Virus record (IMG/VR): IMGVR_UViG_3300027896_000019
Span: 1-35,819 of that record
Origin: a virus
Lineage: Duplodnaviria; Heunggongvirae; Uroviricota; Caudoviricetes
Reading direction: 5' to 3' (one strand)
Length of the DNA: 35,819 bases
Shown: piece by piece, positions 27,981 through 35,290 of the stretch
How positions within the stretch are numbered: position 1 is the stretch's first letter
Layout: each line of letters opens with the position of its first letter
Program-made: the position numbers and the translations under genes
Notes under the pieces: model-generated
Databases searched by the model: none
What the model saw: the letters and a program-made list of their open reading frames with translations, nothing else
What the model was told of the DNA's origin: nothing

Positions 27981-28153
27981 GTTATTTTCTCCTTGTTTAT
28001 AATAGGGTAGTGTTGTTGTCTATCCTTATCCTCAACAGGCTCAATACTAATGTTATAGCACGTTACAGTAATGTGTTCCATTAGTTGTGTAATGAGTTGA
28101 TTCACATCACCTTCGAACACTAGTTCTAGTTTATATAGTGCAGGTTTTGACAT
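27977..28153 (-). CDS. Hypothetical protein
   Basis: Likely start MSKPALY (SD AGGGTG); ORF-track start 28192 overlaps the upstream gene. Confidence 0.55.
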   Translation of the reverse strand: MSKPALYKLELVFEGDVNQLITQLMEHITVTCYNISIEPVEDKDRQQHYPIINKEKIT

Positions 28154-28493
28154 TAGCATCACCCTTCCAGTTTTCGCCATACATATCTTCATAAAATAAC
28201 TTCCAGTAACAATTATTACACAACATTACATCAAAAGGTGCAATATCAGCATACTTTTTTGGTGGAATGATTAAATCATATTCCAATCTAAAATCTTTAT
28301 TACATTCCATACATTCATGATATTCAATTTTATTGGCATAATAAACTGGATTTTTTTCTACTTCAATCTCAATATCTTTAGCACAATTAGGACATTTCAT
28401 ATCATAACTATCTGCTCTATCTAAATGTCCATCAGGACATATTTCAGCAATATCTAATCCTACAAAACAATAAGGACAATAACAATCAATCAT
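28131..28493 (-). CDS. Hypothetical protein with two Zn ribbons
   Basis: CPYC...CPNC and CMEC...CNNC. Confidence 0.7.
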   Translation of the reverse strand: MIDCYCPYCFVGLDIAEICPDGHLDRADSYDMKCPNCAKDIEIEVEKNPVYYANKIEYHECMECNKDFRLEYDLIIPPKKYADIAPFDVMLCNNCYWKLFYEDMYGENWKGDANVKTCTI

Positions 28494-28647
28494 GTTTTTT
28501 CCTACTCTCTTCTAATAATTTTTCTGTTTCAATAACTAACATTGCAACTTCTTTTTCCAACCTTTGAATTTTCATTATTTCATTCATTAATAAATAAGTA
28601 AAAATACATGACGTTAATAATGATATTGCCATTATCAAATATCTCAC
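28486..28647 (-). CDS. 53-aa membrane-anchored coiled-coil protein (not in ORF track)
   Basis: SD GGAGG, GTG start, MRYLIMAISLLTSCIFTYLLMNEIMKIQRLEKEV... Confidence 0.55.
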   Translation of the reverse strand: MRYLIMAISLLTSCIFTYLLMNEIMKIQRLEKEVAMLVIETEKLLEESRKKHD

Positions 28648-28964
28648 ATCCATTCCTCCTTGATAACAAATATGTTATCATCAATATTTCCAGTGATAGA
28701 CTTTTGAACAATAGTAAGTTCATCACGATTTAAGTTAGGTTCATGATATGCAATTTCACATCTATGACCTCTACTATACTCAGTAGGTTCTAATAAGTTA
28801 TAAAAACTTTTATTAGTAAGTATCATTGCATCACTAGGGCTTTGTATTATTTTTATATTATAGTCACCTGATAATAAATTACTAACTATATTAAGAAACA
28901 TATCTTTTCTTGCTTTTTTATCAATATTTGATTTTAAAAATATATTAATTCTCATATTCATCAC
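28644..28964 (-). CDS. Hypothetical protein
   Basis: 106 aa, overlapping neighbours; SD AGGTGA. Confidence 0.6.
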   Translation of the reverse strand: MMNMRINIFLKSNIDKKARKDMFLNIVSNLLSGDYNIKIIQSPSDAMILTNKSFYNLLEPTEYSRGHRCEIAYHEPNLNRDELTIVQKSITGNIDDNIFVIKEEWM

Positions 28965-29206
28965 CTATTTGAAGTATTTTTTTTAACACTAGCTCTAAAT
29001 ATTTTTTTTAGCTCCTCAACATCAATAGTAATATATTGCCCATCTAATGGTATGGCTAAAGCATAATCAAATGATACTGGATTCATACCTATTTGGATTC
29101 CTGTTTCCTCATGTTGATAAATTTGTTTTGTAGTTTTATTATTTAAACTCATTAAATTATTCTCCTTTACGTTAATAATAAACTTTACGTTTTTTGTATG
29201 ATACAT
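28961..29206 (-). CDS. Hypothetical protein
   Basis: 81 aa in early operon. Confidence 0.55.
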   Translation of the reverse strand: MYHTKNVKFIINVKENNLMSLNNKTTKQIYQHEETGIQIGMNPVSFDYALAIPLDGQYITIDVEELKKIFRASVKKNTSNR

Positions 29207-29435
29207 TACCTATTTTGTAAATATTTTCACCTGTTTTAATTAAAAATTCATATTCTAATAATGAAGCAATTGCTACTTTAAAACCTCTCAAATCAATTTC
29301 TTGAATATCTTCTAACTTAGTCATCATATCCAAGTATATATCAAAAGTAAGTTCAAATTCTTCATCAACATCAAATAATTCCTTGCATGTTAAATATATA
29401 TTGTACATTTGATAACCCATTCTTCTTTTTTTCAT
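29172..29435 (-). CDS. Hypothetical protein
   Basis: 87 aa; SD GGGGG. Confidence 0.6.
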   Translation of the reverse strand: MKKRRMGYQMYNIYLTCKELFDVDEEFELTFDIYLDMMTKLEDIQEIDLRGFKVAIASLLEYEFLIKTGENIYKIGNVSYKKRKVYY

Positions 29436-29468
29436 TTGTAACCCCCCTATAATGTATATTAAATGTAA

Positions 29469-29639
29469 TTACTCTCTCAAATCACTTTCCTCAAAGTCTA
29501 ATAATAACGTAATAGCATAATTAAATCCAGAAATAAATGTAAGTTTATCCTTATCATTTTGAAATTCTTTTTTAACCCTTGCTTCATATTCTGCAATAAC
29601 CCTTCTCATTGGAAAGTTCATTAATTCATTTTTTGTCAT
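29469..29639 (-). CDS. Hypothetical protein
   Basis: Likely start MTKNE with SD AAGGAG. Confidence 0.55.
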   Translation of the reverse strand: MTKNELMNFPMRRVIAEYEARVKKEFQNDKDKLTFISGFNYAITLLLDFEESDLRE

Positions 29640-29841
29640 GTTCATTCTCCTTTTCATCGTATTCCATAGTCAAAGCATTTGTCCAACAAGCTTCGCAATC
29701 TGAATGTATTTTTCCAATTTCACAGATATTATTTAGTCCAACATTATGTGGACATAATGAACCAGATTCATTGGCATATGAAACTAAGTAATGAATTACT
29801 AATTGCCTATGTTCATGTACAAATTTATCTAATCCAAGCAT
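29626..29841 (-). CDS. Cys-rich microprotein, family A (paralogue of 34461-34643)
   Basis: CPHNVGL...C...DCEACW..ALT; SD GAGGT. Confidence 0.7.
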   Translation of the reverse strand: MLGLDKFVHEHRQLVIHYLVSYANESGSLCPHNVGLNNICEIGKIHSDCEACWTNALTMEYDEKENEHDKK

Positions 29842-30125
29842 AACACTTCAACCTCTTCCTTGTTATCTAGTTCTATTAAAGTCATGATGCAATAATTTGC
29901 TAAATCTTCTAGGCTATCAGCCATTGATTCATGAACAATGTTCATATCTGAATTAGTAGCCAGTTTTTTAATCCTGTTAAATTTATCTTGCATCCTTGTA
30001 ACAGCAGATATAACACCTAACTCTTGAAATGTCTTACCAAAGCTATCACCATACTCAGTATTCTTAGAAATATAAACATTGTTAAGCTTTTCACAAATCT
30101 GTTGATGCTTTTCATATTTTTTCAT
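29829..30125 (-). CDS. DUF1599 (nucleotide-modification-associated domain 1) protein
   Basis: KNTEYGDSF, TRMQDKFNRI, ESMADSLEDLANYCIM. Confidence 0.85.
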   Translation of the reverse strand: MKKYEKHQQICEKLNNVYISKNTEYGDSFGKTFQELGVISAVTRMQDKFNRIKKLATNSDMNIVHESMADSLEDLANYCIMTLIELDNKEEVEVLCLD

Positions 30126-30145
30126 TTAAATTCTCCTTTATATTT

Positions 30146-30355
30146 TTATGGTATTCCTAAAATTGTTTGATTAGTTACATCCATTGAATTCTGCCATGAT
30201 TGATTTAGACTATCATTTGAATTAAAATTATTAAATAAATTATTATCCTTTGTTTGTTGATAGTCAATAATCTCCATTACTAAAACTATTGGAACTATAA
30301 TAAATATAAATACTAATATAATAATTACATAAATGTTAGCTAGTATATCAAGCAT
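30146..30355 (-). CDS. Small membrane protein
   Basis: N-terminal hydrophobic helix ANIYVIIILVFIFIIVPIVLVM; SD GAGGAG. Confidence 0.6.
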   Translation of the reverse strand: MLDILANIYVIIILVFIFIIVPIVLVMEIIDYQQTKDNNLFNNFNSNDSLNQSWQNSMDVTNQTILGIP

Positions 30356-30641
30356 TAGAACTCTCCTCATGTTTTGATTTTAATATTAATCCATTATGGC
30401 ATTTGCCACAGCTTACCATAATAGATGTGCCTGTTGTGCTAACATTGCAATAAACATCAATCATTGAACTTGTTCTGTTGGCTGAAATATTACATAAATA
30501 ACCCTTACCATTACATGTTGGACATTTACATAGATTAACTTGATACGTTTCTTGCAACATTTTATACCTTTGTTGCAAAGCATAAATTTTATTTTCTATA
30601 GTTTGTAATTCATTGATAATTTGTTTATCATTCATCTTCAT
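30348..30641 (-). CDS. Coiled-coil plus Zn-finger protein
   Basis: CPTCNGKG...CGKCHNG (DnaJ-like CxxCxG repeats). Confidence 0.65.
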   Translation of the reverse strand: MKMNDKQIINELQTIENKIYALQQRYKMLQETYQVNLCKCPTCNGKGYLCNISANRTSSMIDVYCNVSTTGTSIMVSCGKCHNGLILKSKHEESSNA

Positions 30642-30798
30642 TTTTTATATCCTTGGCAAAACCACAACCAATTAACAGTTTAACATAGTTTAATTCAAAT
30701 TGTAATAATTCATTTTCCTTAGTTAACCTTTCATTTTCTCGCTCTAACTCACTAATCATATTGATATGAGTATCTATTAACTTCATAAAAGCATCCAT
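30628..30798 (-). CDS. Hypothetical coiled-coil protein
   Basis: Likely start MDAFMK with SD AAGGAG. Confidence 0.55.
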   Translation of the reverse strand: MDAFMKLIDTHINMISELERENERLTKENELLQFELNYVKLLIGCGFAKDIKNEDE

Positions 30799-30799
30799 A

Positions 30800-30970
30800 T
30801 TATATCTCCTTTTCGCATCCACAATCATTTTTTTCACATATCATACTAAGTCCACACAAACAATAAATTTTCATACTAGTATCAATATGATGTATGACAA
30901 AGGTGTCTTCTTTGCATAATGGACAGGTTTGTAATTTAAGCATAATTACAATTGCTTCTTCAAACGTCAT
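30800..30970 (-). CDS. Cys-rich microprotein, family B, 56 aa (not in ORF track)
   Basis: SD AAGGAG, MTFEEAIVIMLKLQTCPLCKEDTFVIHHIDTSMKIYCLCGLSMICEKNDCGCEKEI*. Confidence 0.7.
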   Translation of the reverse strand: MTFEEAIVIMLKLQTCPLCKEDTFVIHHIDTSMKIYCLCGLSMICEKNDCGCEKEI

Positions 30971-30991
30971 GCTGATTCTCCTTAAACTTTA

Positions 30992-31177
30992 TTAATCATT
31001 TTTTATCATTAAATATGCCAAATAGCTAAATTGACCAAATGCAAAGCTTAATGCAACAGTATATGGAATAGATGTTAAATAATTTGTAGCAATAAATCCA
31101 CATAGAAAAAATCCAACAGCATTAATACAAAATAATTTTAATACATCATTCAGATTCATTTTCATTTTCTCCATCAA
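30992..31177 (-). CDS. Small two-TM membrane protein
   Basis: Two hydrophobic segments; SD GGAG. Confidence 0.6.
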   Translation of the reverse strand: MMEKMKMNLNDVLKLFCINAVGFFLCGFIATNYLTSIPYTVALSFAFGQFSYLAYLMIKND

Positions 31178-31331
31178 TCATAATTTTACAATCTAAAAAA
31201 TCATTCAACATATATAAATTAATGTGATGAATAGTAGTAGTATTTGTTTCATCATTCTCCAATTCATCAACATACATGGTTAATATATCAATCTGTTTCC
31301 TTAGATAGTTGATAAATTCTATTTTCTCCAT
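31146..31331 (-). CDS. Hypothetical acidic protein
   Basis: 61 aa; SD AAGGGGG. Confidence 0.6.
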   Translation of the reverse strand: MEKIEFINYLRKQIDILTMYVDELENDETNTTTIHHINLYMLNDFLDCKIMIDGENENESE

Positions 31332-31347
31332 AATTATTCCCCCTTAT

Positions 31348-31755
31348 TTATTTAATAGATGCTAACATCTTCTGAGCCATTTCTATAGCTTCTTCTTTAG
31401 TTTTACAAACAATACCAATTGAATAAACCCATTTATCATATTCTTCATCATGCCAAATACGATGCCCAAAACACGAATTTAATGAGTAATAACCAAAGCA
31501 TGGTACATAATATTCTTCTCCAGCTTTAGGCTTCCATTTTCTAGGTATTTTTTGAATAGTATAATTACCTATTAGCACTCTTTGTAGTGTTTCAGATTCT
31601 TTAACAGGTAAAAAATCCTCTACACATTCATCATGACCTCTCCACATTAAACCATTATTGTTAAACTTATATACATTAAAATTCTGTTCCTTAATTAAGA
31701 ATTCTTCATCTAATTCTAAATCTAATAGTTCAGCAACTTTAGTAATATGATTCAT
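31348..31755 (-). CDS. Hypothetical phage protein
   Basis: WKPKAGEEYY and KTKEEAIEMAQKM patterns recalled from Firmicutes phage early proteins; stop/start overlap with upstream gene. Confidence 0.65.
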   Translation of the reverse strand: MNHITKVAELLDLELDEEFLIKEQNFNVYKFNNNGLMWRGHDECVEDFLPVKESETLQRVLIGNYTIQKIPRKWKPKAGEEYYVPCFGYYSLNSCFGHRIWHDEEYDKWVYSIGIVCKTKEEAIEMAQKMLASIK

Positions 31756-31973
31756 CAAACCATCATCCAATCTATAATTTTAATTGCTGGATTAGCCTTT
31801 AAACATAAATCATTATCATAAGCTTTATCATAGTATTCAATTTTAGTATTTATCTGAACAGTGTTCGTAATAATCTCAACAGCACCAGTGGGCAATTGAA
31901 TAGCAACAACTAATGCATTGCAATCATCCATATCATAATATTCATTTATAAATGCTTCTTTTCTAGTTCCCAT
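31755..31973 (-). CDS. Hypothetical phage protein
   Basis: Start MGTRK with SD AAGGAG; VAIQLPTGAVEIITN...KIEYYDKAYD. Confidence 0.65.
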   Translation of the reverse strand: MGTRKEAFINEYYDMDDCNALVVAIQLPTGAVEIITNTVQINTKIEYYDKAYDNDLCLKANPAIKIIDWMMV

Positions 31974-31995
31974 ATTAATTCTCCTTAGTGTTATA

Positions 31996-32169
31996 TTATT
32001 CACATTCTATCTCAAATTTCCAACATAATAAACAAAATCCGCAATCACATACTGCTTTTATATCTGTATCAAAGCGAGCATGTGCTATATGAAAAATTTC
32101 TGTTTCTCTATTGCATAGAGGGCATATTTTAATGAAGTTTAAAGTTTTAATTGATTCTTCATCATTCAT
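31996..32169 (-). CDS. Cys-rich microprotein, family B, 57 aa (not in ORF track)
   Basis: SD AAGGAG, MNDEESIKTLNFIKICPLCNRETEIFHIAHARFDTDIKAVCDCGFCLLCWKFEIECE*. Confidence 0.7.
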   Translation of the reverse strand: MNDEESIKTLNFIKICPLCNRETEIFHIAHARFDTDIKAVCDCGFCLLCWKFEIECE

Positions 32170-32467
32170 TCATATTCTCCTTAGTATATACAGTATCATT
32201 TACAGCATCATAATATTCTTGTTCATCTTCCTCTTCATCTTCATAAAATTCATCACCAAAAGCTTCTTGTAGGTTAGGAAGATTAATATCATCTAATGCA
32301 TCACTTTGATAACCATATAAATAATCTTTATATTCTTCTAATTGTTTACCAATATCCCAAGTCCATTCTCCATAACCTGTTTTAGTACAACCCCATTTAA
32401 TTTCCCTACCATTAATCTCTGTTGTAGCAGTAGCAGTCAATCCATCAATATCAATAATTATTCTCAT
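32162..32467 (-). CDS. Highly acidic small protein
   Basis: About 27 D/E versus 7 K/R by hand count; SD AGGAGG. Confidence 0.7.
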   Translation of the reverse strand: MRIIIDIDGLTATATTEINGREIKWGCTKTGYGEWTWDIGKQLEEYKDYLYGYQSDALDDINLPNLQEAFGDEFYEDEEEDEQEYYDAVNDTVYTKENMNE

Positions 32468-32477
32468 ATATTCCCTC

Positions 32478-32822
32478 CTAATCTGGCAAATATATTTTAA
32501 CTACTATACATTTTTTCCACTCATACTTATCAACTATATCACAAGCCATTTCTTCTTTAAGTTTATCTGGACAGCTTTCCCATTCATCAATATTATTATC
32601 AACTTCTTTGTCAACTAAATCGTCATAGTGCTTAGATTTAAAATATATTCTTTCGTCAGTATGCCAAACTTCATCAAGCCTAGCTTCTTGCCAACTACCC
32701 ATCCAATAGTTAAAATCTTCTCCACAACATACTTCATAATATACCATTGGATATATAGGAAGTTCAGGATTATTTTTAACTAATTCTAACAACTGATTAA
32801 TTTTTTCTTGATGATTATTCAT
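32478..32822 (-). CDS. Hypothetical phage protein
   Basis: 114 aa; NPELPIYPMV...YWMGSW; SD GGGGG. Confidence 0.65.
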   Translation of the reverse strand: MNNHQEKINQLLELVKNNPELPIYPMVYYEVCCGEDFNYWMGSWQEARLDEVWHTDERIYFKSKHYDDLVDKEVDNNIDEWESCPDKLKEEMACDIVDKYEWKKCIVVKIYLPD

Positions 32823-33043
32823 TCTATACCCCCTTTAATCGTCACATCACAAAAAGTACATTTCGCTGTTCTCTCTTCTAGTTCATAATCTATATCTAAA
32901 TCTTTTAATGCTTCTAAATAGCCTGTTATCATATATTCAATCTTATCATGATAACTGTCGCCAAACAGTAATATATGACCTGTTTCATTAGATAGCCTTG
33001 TAGCACCACAACAATCGCCATAATACGTTTCAACAAGTCTCAT
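32819..33043 (-). CDS. Hypothetical protein
   Basis: 74 aa; SD GGAGG; overlaps neighbours. Confidence 0.6.
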   Translation of the reverse strand: MRLVETYYGDCCGATRLSNETGHILLFGDSYHDKIEYMITGYLEALKDLDIDYELEERTAKCTFCDVTIKGGIE

Positions 33044-33222
33044 ATATCATCCTCCATTAATTCAATTCCACCATCCATGTATTCAATCAAATATGATAAA
33101 TCCATTCCCATTAATATTAGCTTAATTCCACCATCATCATTATTTTCTATATCATTTGATAATGTCAATATATCCTTAGAAATCATGCGTAGCCAAGCAA
33201 TAAACCATTCTTTGCCCATCAT
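33040..33222 (-). CDS. Hypothetical protein
   Basis: Likely start MMGKE after SD GGAGG. Confidence 0.55.
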   Translation of the reverse strand: MMGKEWFIAWLRMISKDILTLSNDIENNDDGGIKLILMGMDLSYLIEYMDGGIELMEDDI

Positions 33223-33232
33223 ATAACCTCCA

Positions 33233-33535
33233 TCAACGATATTCGTCCAACAACATCCAATCATCTGATAATAAATCTGTCTGTGATGCTAACCATGGAA
33301 CAACATTACCTTGTGCTGTTTTCATAGCAATATAAGCACCATATGGAACGTATTCACCAAACTCTTTTTTAGCAACATCAGTAACAGATTTATATGTGTT
33401 TTCTGGCACATAGTATATATACATATCTTTGCCATTCCAACCTTTTCTAGCAATCCTAATTCCTTTTTTCATTAATAATAATGCTGTGCCAAATGAGTAT
33501 AGTGGATTTTCAATAGCTCCATGTTCATTTGTCAT
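33233..33535 (-). CDS. DUF2829 protein (Tad2-like immune signal sponge)
   Basis: SFGTAL..MKKG.RIARKGWNGKDMYIY and IAMKTAQG..VPWLASQTDLLSDDW, the DUF2829 signature. Confidence 0.85.
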   Translation of the reverse strand: MTNEHGAIENPLYSFGTALLLMKKGIRIARKGWNGKDMYIYYVPENTYKSVTDVAKKEFGEYVPYGAYIAMKTAQGNVVPWLASQTDLLSDDWMLLDEYR

Positions 33536-33559
33536 GTTAAACCTCCTTAGTATTATTTA

Positions 33560-33832
33560 TCATATATCATACCAAAATTCAGTTCCATAGCCTACATAGT
33601 ATGTTTCTATTCCAATCATATTACCACATTTCAAACATTTATAATTTTTTGTATACTTTGGATTAGCGTTTATATGCAATGTCATTTGTAATTCAACATT
33701 ACCACATTCACACTTATATCCATTGCCATGCCTTATTACATTACCATATACAATTGAATATTCTTCACCTTCGCAATAGCAGTATTCATCTTCGTTTAGA
33801 CTTCTATGACACCTCATACAAAATGCTTTCAT
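33560..33832 (-). CDS. Hypothetical Zn-ribbon protein
   Basis: CMRC, CYC, CECG, CLKCG. Confidence 0.65.
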   Translation of the reverse strand: MKAFCMRCHRSLNEDEYCYCEGEEYSIVYGNVIRHGNGYKCECGNVELQMTLHINANPKYTKNYKCLKCGNMIGIETYYVGYGTEFWYDI

Positions 33833-34047
33833 ATAATCTCCTTATTAGTGCTTATATCAGTTTTTTGAAATTCTACTTGACATCTTTGTTCATCCAACAC
33901 AATAACCTTACCAACACCTACTATTTCAGCTTTACTTACTCTACCTATTTCCATACACTGTTCACCTTCATCAAACCATAATGTCAAATCTCCATCACCA
34001 TTATCAATTAACATATTAAGCGTATCTGCCAATTCATACACTGTCAT
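33829..34047 (-). CDS. Hypothetical protein
   Basis: MTVYELADTL...GDGDL.L; SD GGAGG. Confidence 0.6.
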   Translation of the reverse strand: MTVYELADTLNMLIDNGDGDLTLWFDEGEQCMEIGRVSKAEIVGVGKVIVLDEQRCQVEFQKTDISTNKEII

Positions 34048-34062
34048 ATAATACCTCCTACT

Positions 34063-34305
34063 TTATAATAATTCACTATCATATTGATGTTGTAAGTTAA
34101 TCCAAAAACTAGCATCAATATTTAATGAATATTGTAGATGGTTAGCAAACCCATCAGTAATAGGTTTAATACCATTTAATACTTGGTTTATATAAGCAAC
34201 TGATGAACCTGTTCTAATTGCTAAATATTCAACAGTCATATTTCTTTCCTTCATAACATCTCTTAGCGTATCTCCTGCATGTAATCTAATTTTTCTTTTA
34301 GCCAT
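34063..34305 (-). CDS. HigA/VapI-like XRE protein
   Basis: HAGDTLRD...MTVEYLA...INQVLNG..PIT...FWINLQHQYD; start MAKRK after AAGGAG. Confidence 0.8.
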   Translation of the reverse strand: MAKRKIRLHAGDTLRDVMKERNMTVEYLAIRTGSSVAYINQVLNGIKPITDGFANHLQYSLNIDASFWINLQHQYDSELL

Positions 34306-34468
34306 TATCATTCTCCTTAATAGTAACCATACCTAAAATATTTACTAATACAATCGCAACACACAAACCAAATCCAACATAATCATGAGTAGATAGAAAT
34401 AATAAAGCTCCAACAGATGATAACAAAGCTACAATAAACATTAACAATTGAACTAAATGTTTACCCAT
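34298..34468 (-). CDS. Small two-TM membrane protein
   Basis: Two hydrophobic segments; SD GAGGT. Confidence 0.6.
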   Translation of the reverse strand: MGKHLVQLLMFIVALLSSVGALLFLSTHDYVGFGLCVAIVLVNILGMVTIKENDNG

Positions 34469-34643
34469 CGTATACCTCATAATCTTTAGTTAGAGCAATA
34501 TCCCAACATACATAACAGTCTTTATTATCACAATTACTGATAAGTCCAACATGGTGTGGACAGCAATGTGTAGGTTCATGTTTACTTAACAAATACAATA
34601 GCATTATTTTATTTTCATTCCAAGCCTTGCATATACCTATCAT
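34461..34643 (-). CDS. Cys-rich microprotein, family A; first gene of early operon
   Basis: CPHHVGL...C..DCYVCW..ALT; SD AGGAG. Confidence 0.7.
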   Translation of the reverse strand: MIGICKAWNENKIMLLYLLSKHEPTHCCPHHVGLISNCDNKDCYVCWDIALTKDYEVYDG

Positions 34644-34687
34644 ATCTCTCTCCTAAATATTTGAATTTAACATCGAACTATAGTACT

Positions 34688-34716
34688 AGTATACATTTTA
34701 TGTAGCTTTATGTCAA
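34688..34716 (-). promoter_or_regulatory. sigmaA promoter P1 (early operon)
   Basis: TTGACA (34711-34716), 17 bp, TATACT (34688-34693). Confidence 0.8.
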
Positions 34717-34747
34717 TTTGAAATTTTAGAATACCCCTCATATATAT

Positions 34748-34774
34748 AACAAAACCCCAACATATTGAGGGGGC
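34748..34774 (-). terminator. Hairpin/terminator closing the P2 unit
   Basis: Minus strand GCCCCCTCAATATGTTGGGGTTTTGTT. Confidence 0.55.
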
Positions 34775-34856
34775 TAATTTGTAGGTTATTAGCATATCAA
34801 CATGTTAGGGCTTTATTATACACAATTCATACTATACAAAAGATAAAGGCAAACTT

Positions 34857-34885
34857 AGTATACTATGATTAATTAATTATGTCAA
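34857..34885 (-). promoter_or_regulatory. sigmaA promoter P2
   Basis: TTGACA (34880-34885), 17 bp, TATACT (34857-34862). Confidence 0.8.
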
Positions 34886-34888
34886 TAC

Positions 34889-34955
34889 AAAATCCTACTT
34901 GGTTGATTTTATTTCTACTGGGAAGAAGTATAGTCTAATCAACTAGTAGGATTTT
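34889..34955 (-). terminator. Long hairpin closing the P3 unit
   Basis: aaaatcctact (34889-34899) / agtaggatttt (34945-34955), extended inward by gttgatt/aatcaac. Confidence 0.6.
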
Positions 34956-34986
34956 ATATATAAGTATACGCTACTGAATTAATTAT

Positions 34987-35015
34987 ATTATACATGTTTA
35001 TTTTAATATTGTCAA
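34987..35015 (-). promoter_or_regulatory. sigmaA promoter P3 (perfect consensus)
   Basis: TTGACA (35010-35015), 17 bp, TATAAT (34987-34992). Confidence 0.85.
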
Positions 35016-35066
35016 TAGAGAATCTATTGATGTTCTGTTAATTATCTGCTGATTGTCTGTTAATAC

Positions 35067-35094
35067 AAAAAAAACATCTACTGATAGATGTTTT
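35067..35094 (-). terminator. Terminator closing the P4 unit
   Basis: aaaacatcta (35071-35080) / tagatgtttt (35085-35094) plus T run on the minus strand. Confidence 0.7.
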
Positions 35095-35135
35095 AATGTG
35101 TCTCAACAATAAATTAGTAAATCGTATGTGGTTAC

Positions 35136-35164
35136 ATTATATATTGTTTTATTATATTTGTAAA
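35136..35164 (-). promoter_or_regulatory. sigmaA promoter P4
   Basis: TTTACA (35159-35164), 17 bp, TATAAT (35136-35141). Confidence 0.7.
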
Positions 35165-35167
35165 TAG

Positions 35168-35195
35168 AAAAACTATATAAATTAATATATAGTTT
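35168..35195 (-). terminator. AT-rich hairpin closing the P5 unit
   Basis: aaactatata (35170-35179) / tatatagttt (35186-35195), followed by TTC on the minus strand. Confidence 0.45.
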
Positions 35196-35261
35196 ATCTA
35201 TAACAAAAATTAGAAAAGGAAAAAAATGAAACAAATACAACTCTCAAGCACCATTATATTC

Positions 35262-35290
35262 ATTATAAGTTTAATTTTTTATTTTGTCAA
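35262..35290 (-). promoter_or_regulatory. sigmaA promoter P5 (perfect consensus)
   Basis: TTGACA (35285-35290), 17 bp, TATAAT (35262-35267). Confidence 0.85.

Noticed and set aside
2995-33981. All plus-strand ORFs in the ORF track (e.g. 2995, 3664, 4407, 6788, 7129, 9651, 11368, 12654, 14576, 15892, 20904, 22940, 25720, 27552, 29609, 33679)
   Set aside because: They are antisense shadows of well-supported minus-strand genes or hairpin regions, without convincing SDs or motifs.
34911-34930. ATTTCTACTG resembling the first half of a Cas12a repeat
   Set aside because: The pairing GTAGAT half is missing and it lies on the non-transcribed strand within a hairpin loop.
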